This document shows positions 12,101 through 25,600 of a stretch of 64,000 nucleotides of DNA, piece by piece (position 1 is the stretch's first letter; every line of letters begins with the position of its first letter). The stretch lies in NCBI GenBank assembly GCA_012295275.1, contig CM022671.1:32426001-32490000 (forward strand), written 5' to 3'. The notes under the pieces are model-generated. The model did no database searches, had not been told where the DNA came from, and worked only from the letters and a program-made list of their open reading frames with translations. Origin of the DNA: Chrysomallon squamiferum (lineage: Eukaryota; Animalia; Mollusca). Position numbers and translations under genes: made by a program.

Positions 12101-15100
12101 GTGAATGAAGTGAATCGAGAACTTGGAGACAGAAACACAGGACAGGTTGTCAACTTGACAAGTACAGCTCAGCCTCAGGAAGAGGATTCATTGGTAGATA
12201 GATTATTGATTATTTCAACAAAACAAAACGAATAACAATTGTTTAAATATTTTTTGGATTTTTTTTTTTTTTTTTGTTGTCAGGATACTTAGTGGTTTGT
12301 ACAAAAAGATCTAGATAATAATTTCCCAGTTGGGAGAAAATAATTATAAATTAAAGAAAAATTCAGATATTTAAACCTTACTTGTTTTTGTATTTATGCT
12401 TTTAAACAAAAAATTTATTGAAGAATTTTTTTTATTTTTTTTTTTTTTTTTTTTTTTGGATGCATTTTGATCAACATAATACAAGACTGACAAAAATCCC
12501 TCAAATAAACACTATTATTTTTATTGCATAGGCATCAACAGAGGCAGCAGCCACTGGTGAAAGTGAAGGTGATAAAGATCAGAAGGATGTGAAATCACTT
12601 GAAGATAACAAGAAGAGACATCCTCTGCTGCCGAAGTCAGCTCTGTTACGTTTGTTATCAGAAGTGATAAAGTCTTACGGAAGCTGCACTCACTTGATAA
12701 CTCAGCATACTTACTATGCTGGCCAGTCTGAAATGGTTCCTGAGGTACATAATTTTTCTTTACTTTTAAAGGAGAAAAGAGAATTTGACAGTTTCTGTTT
12801 AATGTTTCTTTCATAGTTGGTGGGTAATGTATTTTCTGCAGTTTTTTATCTACACAGATTTAAGAATAAGTTGCCTCAAAAATATTGTAATGTTGTTTTT
12901 CTAATAACAGGACTGTACAGTATTGGCCTTTGTGATGGATAACCTTCTGCACCAGAAACAACCAACAGGAGACAAAGACTGTCCAGATTTATCTCGTGTG
13001 TTTATTGCCAGTATTGCATCATGTAACTATTGCCCTGAAGCTCAGAACACTTTAGTAATGGAAGTAAAAAGTGCTCTACAGAGAGCACTTATACTGCCAG
13101 AAAGTCAAGAGAAACATTCGAGGATTCAGGCTCTGACAGGAATTATCAGCACCATAATGGAGGCCTGTCCTAGTCCAGGCCAAGTGCAGAACCAAGTATT
13201 CAAAGGACAGCAGAGTATTATGAACAACATAGTAAAAATTCTTATCAAACGTGGCCTTGTCACAGACCTTGCTCGAATTCCTCACAGTATTGATCTGTCT
13301 AGTCCATACATGGCAGCAACAATAAATGCTGCCCTAAAACCACTGGAGACATTGTCGCGCAGTGTCAATCAGCCTATGCAGAGTGTTGTTACCAAGCCTA
13401 AAGAATCGGGTACAGCAGAAGCGACAACTGTGGATCTAGGTGGAACAACGATTGCAGCCGAGACTCCTTTGACAGGTTAGTGAAAAATTAGTAAGAGAAT
13501 AGACATTATTTTTATATCTATACAAGGATTAAGATTTTAAAGCTTTCATCACAAAGATTTTATACTTGTTAACAGTTAAATCAATAAAAATAAGAAGGCA
13601 CCTTGACGAATTCGAAACGGTGCTATATTGTAATTTAACGAATAATTTATGTAAGATACCAGCAAGAATCTGACAGTGCCTAATGCAGCTGAGAATAATT
13701 TGGCAGTGGAAGATAATACCAACTGATTAAATCAGTAAAAACAACAATACAAAGTGACATTTTTTAATAACATTGATGAAACCACTATTAAATAATTTAT
13801 CAATATATTTTTAGATACTAATGAAACCCCAGCAGAGCCGAATGCAACTGAGAATAATGTGGCAATAGAAGATGTTTCTGACAGTTTGTATCTGGAAGAT
13901 ATAGAAGAAAGCACACATCATGAGACTGTGGAACCTGAACCTGACATTGGACACCATGTATGTATTAAATGTTAATCAGATTGTCAGTGTACAGTCAAAC
14001 ATACTTGTTGAATTAGGCTGAATAATACATCAGGGTCTGAATTGATATTCAACTATGTTTGTACTAAGGTATTCTTATATAATGATGACATACAATGCAA
14101 GAAATTATTAAAATCGTTTTGAAAATTCTATTTGGATTTTAAAAATAAAATCTTATGTCATAAAAACTGAAATGAAAAATCTGAGGAAATGTTAACATTT
14201 ACAACTCTTTGATATTCAGAAACACTGTTTTTAAATTCTTTGCTTCACGTTTTACTGCTTGTGCTAGGGACATTTTTATTTTTTACCTTTTTTTTGGTAA
14301 ATCACAAGCAAATTTAGACAGTATAGTGTGTTGTGAAACCGAACTGAGAAAATAAAAATATTTACTTGTTGCAGAATGAAAATCAGTTGGAGCAGGTGCT
14401 TGACACGTTATTACAAGGAAATGAAAATGCTGAATCACAGGTTCTGGCTGATGTTTCAATGAATGTTGGTATGTTGTCAAATTATTCACTTTTCATGCGT
14501 TTATTATCATGTTAGTAAACATTATTCATTGATAACAGAATAGATTAAGCAAAAATGCTGTATATCAGAAAAATAATGAATGCATAGGTAAGTGAATTAT
14601 TCCAAACCATCTACAATAAATATTTATTTTTGAAGGTACAAATTTTGAAGTTAAAGTATTTTTAATTTGGGTAAATTACATATTAAATACACAGTTGAAC
14701 CACCTGGGGAGAGAGGAGGGACAAAAAAACCTAAAAAAAAAAAAAAAACATCATGTGTGTAGCTTAATATGTTAGATAAACATACCTGACACTACTGAAA
14801 TAGATATTTAACACTGAAATACAAGTGGAAGTCAAATTAACAGGTGAAATTTTTTTTTTCTTTTTCTGTGATCTAGAATCAACTCCCACTACACAGACAG
14901 CAAGTGACTTCCATGATGTGATTATTGATGTAGAGTTTGAATCAGTTGATGTAGGACAGCACGACTCACAGATGGTCACACAGGAAATATCAGATGTTGA
15001 AGATGAAAATGATGTTCATGTTGAAGGTATGTATTATGCACTTATTATTGTTTTTTTGATATTAGACATGTTTCAGAAGAAGGCCCAGTGGTGTTACTAC

Positions 15101-16704
15101 AACAAAAAGAATTTTAAAATATATATACAGTGAAACATTTGTATCAATATTTTCAGGGATAAGACACTTTGAGAATTTGCTAAACATGTTGCAGTGAACA
15201 TTAGTAACACAATGTAATGTTTTGTTTATTGTAGATGAAGGAAATGTAGATGGTTCACCTGAAAGTGCTTCAGAAGCTGATGATGATGAAGATCCTGACA
15301 GAGAAGAACATGATGACGATGATGACGATGATGATGATGATGACGAAGATGATGAAGATGATGAGGTATTATTTTATTAATTTTTTTTCTAATTGAATTG
15401 AATTTTTATCTGCCTCAAGTAGAAATAATTATCCTACTTTTTGGTATGCATTTTAAAGGCCTTAGTATGAGGGAAAATGTTTCAAATAATATGACGACCA
15501 TTAAGCAAATTTCACTGATTTGTTGTTGCAGGGCTCTGATATGAATGCTGACGATGATGACTACTATGATTACCAGGATCGGGTAACAAACTCGATGGTT
15601 CCTGGTTATGAAGATGATCTTCTTTTCCACATGGAGGACATGTTTCCTTCCAATACATCAAGTTACAGAATTGCAGCTCCAAGCTACAGAATTGGTGGAG
15701 GTGGGTGTTCACTGACAACAGAATATGCTGTTCCTGTTTGGTTTCATTTACTAAATCAGTAATATGCATGACTTTTACCAGCAGTTCAGAAACTGATTTT
15801 TTTTAATTTTATATAGCACCTCTGCACCTTATTTTTAAAAAGCAGTTTGAATCAACAAATAAAAAGAAAAAAATTAAACCAAATATTTCAGAAATACAAC
15901 ACATTTCTCTTTACTTCATTTTAAACTTGTATTTAAAATTAAATTAAATTTAGATTTGGAGTTTCTTGTCTTTATAAATATCTTTTTTATTTATTATTAT
16001 TCCATAATACAACTTACCAACTACACATAAATGTAACTTTATTTTTTATTTTTTCTGTTTTTCTCATTTAAAAGCAAGACATAAAAATGATGTTCACAGA
16101 ATATAAATTCTAAATCTGTCGACCACCTTAATTTCATGCAAAATATCATGCATGCAATAAACAGAGGATTATGGCTTACCTCAAAATTTGTTTCTGTTGT
16201 TTGAAAGTGGGGAGATATTGAGAGTGCAGCACAATTTTGTTTGATATTAACAAAAATAACCTTTGGCACACATTGTGTTTCAGGTGGTGGTCAGCATATA
16301 ATATTTAATGATAATGCACAGATCAGAACTTATCAGTTGCCAGTGGCTCTTCATGACAATGATAATGGCAGTGATGGAAGTAAGTTACTGTCATGTTAAA
16401 AAAAAAAAAAAAAACATTTTTTAAAGTAACCAATACTAAAAAAAATAAAAATAAGAATATTTCAGAAATTTATATTAAGTAGTTTCTATTTTTTATTATA
16501 TTTACTATGGTTCGTGTCATTTTATTATCCAGATTTTTTATTTTAAATTTTAATTTTTAATTTTCGAAATTTTGTACAATATAATTCCATCAAAAGAATT
16601 TTAACATTAAATTTAAAGTACTTCATTTTTCAAATACATACAATAGTTACTTAATAGTTATGTTCCTAACAAAGATAATAAATTAAAGAAACTTCATAAA
16701 AAAC

Positions 16705-16744
<40 letters not shown>

Positions 16745-19700
16745 TCAATAAATAAATTTACTTCAAAAGATGTAATTAATTTTATTTATTTATTTATTAT
16801 TATTATTTTTTTTTTTTCCCCTAACAGTCCCAAGTTTGCCTCCTGCACCAAGCAGTGTGACAATGACCCATCCATTACTGGTTCGACAAACTGACCCACA
16901 TACTGTGATGGGTGTGGCAAGAGTGCATCGGGGAAATCGACAACGAGGCTCGTACAGACTGAACCCAACACAGACATTCCATGTTAATCTGCAAGGTGGA
17001 CGACAGCCCAATCCTCCAGTCATTCTACAGAGGTTAGTCACATGTGACATTAAATCAGATAAGACTTAGTCTTCATGTATGACTTGCAGCTGTTTGTACT
17101 TAATAAGAATTAGTTTCATGGAATTACAATTTAGGATAGTTTTTGTCAAAGGAATCTGGTTATGATGTTAACCATATCTGTATTGGCGTTCTGAAAATTG
17201 TCAAGAAATTAATAGATTATTATTGTTTTGTGTCAGTATTTTAATTCCCTTTTTTCTTAGAAGTATTTTTTGTTACTCCCTTTATATTTTTTTTAAATAA
17301 AATTGTTAAACATTTTTGTTATTAATATTTTTCTCTGTGTGTGTCTACTTTAGACTTCTTGGTCCAACAACAGCTTCTGACATTCTCCAGTTGACCGGTA
17401 CACTGACCACTCAGGCTGGAGGTCCAGCTCACACACGGGTCATCCTGGCAAATGATGATATGAGAGTATTTTCTCGACCAGAGGAAGAACTCTTTGAAGA
17501 CTTGTTTCAAGTAAGTGTCAGGGATAGATTGTTATTCTGAAAGGAGATTTTTGTTTTGTGTGCTAAGGAATTCTCCTTTGTTAATGTTTATTTTGCTATT
17601 TGTTTTTTTTGTGAGTGAGATATGTGGTTTGATCTATTGTGTTATATCATGTCCCAGGTTCCAAAACTAGGGGAAGCTGAATTTATTACCTTCAGGTTTA
17701 AGTAATAGATAACTTGTTTTTGTTTTGTATTTTTTCCCATTTTCTTTTTAATAAATACAAAAATATTTACTTAATGTTTTTTCTTCTTTTTTTTTGTCCT
17801 GACTTGCATTGTGGTTACAGTGGCCAATAGATTTTGTTAAACAGAATTAATAGTAATGAATTAGATTCAAATAACAGTATATCTGATTTTGAATCAGGGG
17901 GAAATGTAGGTGTTTGTTGTCATCTTAAACTTACTTCAGACTAGAGATCCTTACAAGTATTTAATATTATAACAAATATTGCTTTAGTCAAATAACTAAT
18001 AGCTTCTTATTGTTTTCTTTGAAGGAGAATTACCAAGAAAGTGGAGCTGTTTCAGGTTCTGGTGTTTTGTCTTGTGTTCCTTCCACTCTGCAACGATGGA
18101 CTGAAGAATCCAAAGTTTTAGATGGAGACAGTGTACACAACTGTGTGACAGGTTAGTCACTTCTTAATATTGCTGTTGCATTTAAACTAGTTCAGTGAAT
18201 AGACAAATTTTTCCTTAAACTGATCATTCTGTAATTAAAACTATTCCTCCCCAACCAAAAAAAAAACAATTATAATAAATATAATTTTTAACTTTTCTTT
18301 TTAAAAAAAATTTTTTTTTTTTTTTTTTATTACCTCTAGATCAAAGGCAATGTCATGGCTTGGGAGCCTTGAATCGTTGTCTTAAAATACATAAAAGTTG
18401 TATACAAATAATGACATAAAAACAGTTTTTTGGTTTTTTAAAAATCTCTGTTTGCTCCTACAATTAATTTCAGTAATCTAAATAATGATGATGGTTTAAA
18501 AATAAAGAATTAATAAAATAAAATTTAAAATACAAATTAAAAAATTAAAAATTTAAAATGATTGAAAATTATGTTAATTTAATATTTTAGGTATTTATAA
18601 AACCATTATATTCACTTATGGAAAATTTCAAGTTACAAAGGGAGACATTAGTAATTGTAGCTTAAAAAACATTTGACGACACTTTCCACCAACTGCTTTT
18701 GATGTGCTTGGTCTGCATTATGTCAGTTGAAATAAATTTTTAAAATTATTATTACAACAGCTTTAAAACCAGACATAATAAAGTGCCTTGTTAAAAGACG
18801 TGATGATGAGCTTGCAGAGAGGCGTGAGAAACGCAGAAAAGCAGCGGAAGAGGAAGGAAAGGATAACACAAAAGAAGTAAACAATCCTGCAGGAGCTACT
18901 ACAACCACAACAGTACTTATGTTTTACTTAATTTTTCTTTCTTTGCATTTCTTTTTTTGAAAAACAAATTAATCTATATTTTGAAATTTTTTCATGTTAC
19001 TTGCACTGAACTTATGAAGGGAAAAACATCAATATTATATCAATACTTTCTTGCCATAAATGATAAGGATACTTACAAATTCTGTTTGAATTTATATAAT
19101 TTAGCACTAAAGTTATATATTATTTTTTTTTTTAATATTTATTTATTTAAATTTTTTTGTCTTTGTCTGTCTACATATTTTCATCAAAAAAGATTATTTA
19201 TTGCACTTATAATAAATTCTCCCTTTTTTCTAGCCTTTTGCAACAACATCAGCAGCTGAGCCATTGACCTCAACACCTTTGTCCATTTCATCTGCAACAA
19301 CACCTTCAGCAGAAAATATGTCACGGCAGATCAGTAAGCATTTTGTACAGTATTTTATCATATATGTCATCACTCTTAATAAATTGTTGTTTGGTGAATC
19401 ACATGTCTCTTGGTCGTTGTTTTAGAGAAATATAATTTTTATTGTTGTAGTAAACATCTGTAATTGTATTATATAATTTAATTAAATTTCAGGTGTCAGT
19501 GAAGCTGTTGCGGCTGCCGAACGTCTTGCCTCAGCCATGGTTGAAGAAGTATTGTCAACACCTATGACCACAGCCATTGCAAGCACAGCAAGTGAAGCCC
19601 TGACAACACCATCCACCTCCAACACAACAACCACTGTGACCAGTACCAGCATCATTCAGACATCGTGTGCTGTGGCTCTTGCAGAAATACACGATTCCAT

Positions 19701-22580
19701 AGCGAGTGCAGCCAGCCAGAGTGCAGGAGCACAAACTTTAACCACTCCAGCCCAGCCTCTACCAATTACTGCATCGCAAGCTCCAGTGCCTCAGCCAAGA
19801 CGGTGTGTAGAATATTTAGTAGCTTTGTATGTGTTTGAGTGTGGGAAGCTGATAATATTTTACTTTATTTCACTTGTTTATTTATTATTTTAATTTCTGA
19901 TTTAATTTAATGAGAGAGATCAGATTCAAACTGATTCATAACAAAGTAATGTTTCTGCTTTTTTATCCCACCAAAGAAGAAATACAATTTTTTTTTATAA
20001 ACTTTTGTTTTAAAGATTTGTAGTCTGAACATGAAAATGTATGTATATGGAGATGCAGTTTATAGAGCACAGATGAGAGTTTTTTCCTTGCATATTTTGT
20101 TTACTGAATTAAAAAAAAAAAAATTCAAACAAGGCTTTTTGATTTTATTTCCAGAACACTTGCACAGAATGCCTCAATGTCCCCAACAAGTTTGGCATCT
20201 CTTCTGATGTTTGGTGATGAACGACCTATGGATTCCTCAGTTACTTCAACAGCTACTCCACCAACGACGTGTCCTGTGTCAGGTTCCAGAGTTGGGGAGA
20301 TGACAACAAGCACACCAACATCCAGTACTGACTCAGGTACATGTGCCCAGCCAACTAGTGAAACTGCTGTCACTCCAGAAGAAGTTTCTAACATCACTAA
20401 CTCAGATGCAGTTACTGTCCATTCTTCTGCCTCAGGTTAGTTTTATTTTTATTTTATTATTATAATCATTTTTTTATTTATTTAATTAATTAAATTTTAT
20501 TTTTAACCAATTTTTATTTATTTATTTATTTCAGGTGGTATGTTATTACATAGCAAATACATTATAATAATTTACTTACTATTTATTTATTATAACATTT
20601 GAAAAATCATTTCCATCCAATGCAATTAACTTAAGAAAATTCTGTATGTGAAATGTTTTGTGGATATATGTGTGAAGATTTTGGAAATCGTCCTTTCTGG
20701 CAGTTAATTTCTGAAATACCAAAAGGTTGACATTTAAATAAATTTACGGAACTTCATTATAATTTTATGAGGGAAAATAATTCAGGAGACCATAAGTTCA
20801 ACAATTTCTGATACAGTTGCCAAGATGGTTTAGTTTACAGTATTTTTTTTATTTTTCGTTTTTATTTATTTATTATTTTATTTTATTATTATTACTGTTT
20901 TTTTACAGGAAGTACTGATGAGCTGATACCTGCAAGTAATGCAGTTACCAGTGCTCTTGTTACATCGGGCACAACGACAATGTCCAACAACCTGCACAGT
21001 CTTGGAGCTCTCATAGCAGAGGTTGATGAGCTGATTGGACGGTCTGCTGAAACAACCACTACAACCTCAACCACCATTCAGAGTTCATCTCAGCAAAACA
21101 TGTTTGGAGGTTTGTTCTCTTTGTATTTTGTCTATCATCAGCCACCTGTTTTCTGTTGTAACGTGGTTTTACTGAAGTTGTCGTTTGGAAACATATTTCA
21201 GTATCAAAGCAGTTAAAGGAAATCACATCAAACAGACCTCTTCAGAATGTAGGTTAATTTGTATTTATCTGAAGGAATATAGTTTTCTGCTTAACTTACT
21301 GAATTAAACTAAATCTCTTAAATTTTGGTAGGTAAAAATTAGCATGCACAACTAACAGTTACTAAATAATAGTTCAAGAATGTTCATGTGAAAATGAGCG
21401 GGATGTTTAGTAAACATTTTTTGTTGTTTTTCCTGCAGAGGGTGTAGATCCATCATTTCTGGCAGCGCTGCCAGAAAACATTCGCCAGGAAGTGATAGCA
21501 GAACAGTTGAGACTGCAGCGCATTCAGCAGAGAGCACAGCAGCAGGCACAGAACACAGAGGCCATTGGAGGCATGGAAGTGAATCCAGAATTCCTCGCTG
21601 CTCTTCCACCAGCTATACAAGAAGAGGTTAGTGGCTTCTGCAGAATTAATAAACAACATTATTTTTAATATTTATTAGAAATATTAGTCACAATTTTGTA
21701 CTAGAGAGGAATGTGTTTTGAATGCATTTCCAAGAGTTCTAAAGTCTCTTGCCTCATAGCCTATCTTGCTTCTGTGGCAAATATTATTAATATAGTGAAC
21801 TTCAGAGCTTCAGAATATATGACTTTTTATTATTATTATTACTTTTTTTATTTATTTTTATTATTTTTAATTTTTTTTATTTTTATTATTTTTAATTTTT
21901 TTAATTTTAATTTTTAATTTTTTGTATTTTTTTAAAATTTTTGTTTTATTAATGTTCGCTTAACAGGTTCTTGCACAGCAGAGAGCTGAACAGAATCGTC
22001 TGGCCGCCCAGCAGCAGGCACCAGCCAACCCAGATGCTCCGGTCGATCCCGCCAGTTTTTTTGCAACTCTTCCGACGTCACTGAGGCAGCAGGTGCTGGC
22101 TGACATGGATGACAGCATGTTGGCAGTGTTACCATCAGACCTGGCCACCGAGGCACAGGAGCTGCGACGAGAATTTGAAGATCGACACCGCAGACTGATG
22201 CAGGAGCGGCTGTTTGCACAAGCCGGTGCAGCATCTTTATCTGCTATATTGCGTCATTCAGGTGCTCGAGAAAGAGCAGGTGTGAGCAAGGGGCAAACTT
22301 GGATCAGGGCACAATAATAAAAGCTAAAACCAGGGAAGGGGGTGGTATTTTTGGTGATAAATATATTTATAAGAAATTGGGCCAGTCAAATTTGAAGTTA
22401 ACTGTTGTTAAATACTCTGAGGATTGAGATTAATAATAGCACATTCACTTTCTTTTTGCAGTAAAGTGGCTGTGATCTGATTGGTTTATGTTACCAGTTT
22501 GTACTGATGGCTGCATGTTTGTAGCTTTAAAATCATGATTTATATTGATCAAAGCACAAGCTGGATAAATATAAAGAACA

Positions 22581-22631
<51 letters not shown>

Positions 22632-25600
22632 TTAAAATAGAAACCACAATTAAAACATACAAAAAACCAAACTCCCTTTTTACATTTCAATATTTTTAAA
22701 ATTTTATCTGTGTTTGCTTTACATGTATGTTGATGTCACATTCAGTGTAACTGTATTAGATGATAGGTATTTGTTGCCTCAAAAGGATTCCATAACTAGC
22801 AACACATATTATTGTTGATACCTTGTCATCAGTGTTGTAACGTATAGTTGTGTATCAGAATATGTTTATAAAACCATTAAATAATGGTGCAAGAGAAACT
22901 GCTTCCACTTCTCCTTCAAAAATTTGTGGTATTCTGAATAAAATGATACCCAGGTGAAGCAGATTAAGTTGGAAACACAGACAATAAATATAGATTATAC
23001 ATGTCTGTCTTTGGTAAACGTAGGTGAACTAAGATTAATAAGAGACAATATTTGAAGCCAGAATTGCCCTTTTCTTACCACCTGCTCAATTTATTTATAT
23101 ATTAGCTTTTGTTGCCTGCTTTTTTATTTTCTCTACCAGAAAATTATTCTGCAAAAAGCACTTGCCTTGTTTGTATTATTTTTTGTTAATAATACACCAA
23201 AATACAGAAATTTCTGCATATTCCTGCCACTGAAGCTTTTCATTTTGATTTAAAACTGATAATGATATTACAAAAGTTATTTCAACATGGTAATTTCATT
23301 TCTAAATCTTAATTTGAAATAAAATTTTGTTTTGTGTGTCAAGCTTTAGCAAATTAAGTAGAGGTTTAAGGAAGATTGTTTCCCGCTAAATATGTGTATG
23401 TGTGTGTGTTTATCTTTCTGTTTTGGGCCTACTGTAAATGTTGTTAATGGATCCTAATAGATGATTAAAGTAAAATTTAGCACTGACCAGACATTTTATG
23501 ATATCAGTAATCATAAATTCTTTGTTGCATGCCTTAAAGATTTGAATGTGCATTTTAGCAACAGGTTGGCCTATTGATGTTGGATACCTTTTTTGTAAAG
23601 TAATTCTGTTATTTAATCACTTTTTTTTTTTTTTTTTATGATAAACAGTTCTGATGATGTAAAATTGACAAGCATATGTCTTAAAATATTTTGAAAGATA
23701 AATTTTTATCTGAAAGCAGCAACTTAATGCAGATATGTTTCTTTCAGAACATTTTTTTAAATTAATTAAAACAAATTAAAATTCATTAGACTTACCAGAC
23801 ATGTTTTGCCAAATATAAACATAAGTCAGTTTCAATGTGAATCAGTGTGCAAGTATCCAAAAATAAAGAACTAGTTTTAGTTTATAACTCTAGTGTTTTT
23901 AGTTGATTAACAGTCTTAATCAAAATATTTATATCAAAAGAATACATGCACAAACAAATAAAACAGAAGTAATGTTAAAGGAACATTAAAAATAATACAT
24001 CTTAAATCTGTTATTGCAGGTCTTGCTGGTCGCCTTGGAACAAGGTATGCAATAAGAGCACCTCGAGGAGGGAGTCAGTGGGCATGGGGATCAGGACGCC
24101 TTGGAGTGCCAGCCAACAACAACAGCAGCACACTTAAAATGCGAGGTCGTCATCTCTTAGACCATGAGGCTCTCACCTGTCTTCTGGTGCTTCTTTTCAT
24201 TGATGAACCCAAAATAAACACCAATCGTTTCCACAGAGTATTGAGAAATTTGTGTTACCATGGTCCAACACGTGCATGGGTAATGCAGGCACTCTTGTCA
24301 ATTCTGCAGAAAACCAGTGAATGTAAAATTATAGAATCTGATGATCGAGGGAAAAATAAAAAGATAAAGGGTGTCCCTATGCAGACAGACTCTCCATTGT
24401 CTGTCAAAAGTGATATCAGGAATCAGACTTCTTGGTTGTCGGTCAGCTTAGAAGCTGCACTAGGGTGCCGTGCCAATGTCTTTCAAATTTCACGAAATGC
24501 TGGCAAAAAGCATGCCAATTCACCCAGTTCTAATGTTAGTATTCATATGCAGGCTGCCCCTGCTGTGTGTAGACATGTACTGGATACGTTGATATCTCTA
24601 GCCAAAGTATTTCCAAGTCAGTTTTTCCCTAGTTCTAAAGCAAAGGAAGTTCAAAAGTGTGATGAAGAGAAAGAGGCCGACAGCGGTAAACAGAAACAGA
24701 CTTCAGGTGGATTGTCTAGTCCTCAGGCGAGTCCTCGAGTTGCAAACAGGATGGATTCAAAACAGGACTCCAAAGAAGGAAAGAATGACACAGATTTCTG
24801 GGACATTCTGGTTAGACTTGACAGTGCATCTAGTAGTCGGAAAGGCAAGGGTGTAGCTAAAATGCATGGCGATGGTGATATGAATTGTGTGGACTATTCC
24901 AGATCTCCACTTGGTCATCTGATGAGTATGTTGTCACACCCGGTGATTCGCAAGAGTCAGGTCCTCACAGACCGACTGATCAGACTGCTAGCTTTGGTTT
25001 CCACATCCATGCCAGAAGCTATGCAGGCCACCAAGGCCAACATTCTGAATTCCTCAACAGCTCGCACAAGTACAGCAGCATCAGGACTTAATCCATCTGT
25101 GATGCTGCATCCCATTCTCCAACCACCAAAACCATTAGAAGGTATAGATTACAATAAAAATGAAATATGTTTCTAAGAATTTAAAAACCATATAAATTAT
25201 AATTTACCATAGATATCAGACAAGCACATCTTTAAAGAATCAGTTTTACATCTAAACAATTTTTCCTTTAGTTTCTTTCATTTTCTTTTTTTGTTTGTTT
25301 TTGTCAAAGGTGTGTACAAATCTAACTCTTATTTATTAAATACTGTATAAATATCATTCATTAATATGAAAATGATAGTGTCATTACATTATAAAATTTT
25401 AAAAACATTCTGATGGAATTGTAATTTCTTATTTATTTTCCCTCTCTAAAACGGTGGGGTGGTGGTGATGTATTTACAGTTTATTGAAAAAAAAAAATAT
25501 TTCTATTAAATTAAAGAACCCGAAGCAAGCAAGTCAGTGAAGGAAGAAAAAGTGCCTGAGATTGATGAAGAACCAGTTTTGAAAGATGAACTGCAGTTGG

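Noticed and set aside
12045-12193. BH3 motif as in vertebrate HUWE1/MULE
   Set aside because: Positionally comparable helix ([19 protein letters not shown]) lacks a convincing L-x-x-x-G-D register; cannot be called by eye
17658-17695. Cassette exon CCCAG|GTTCC...TTCAG|GTTTAA
   Set aside because: 38 nt (frameshifting), poor polypyrimidine tract and weak donor
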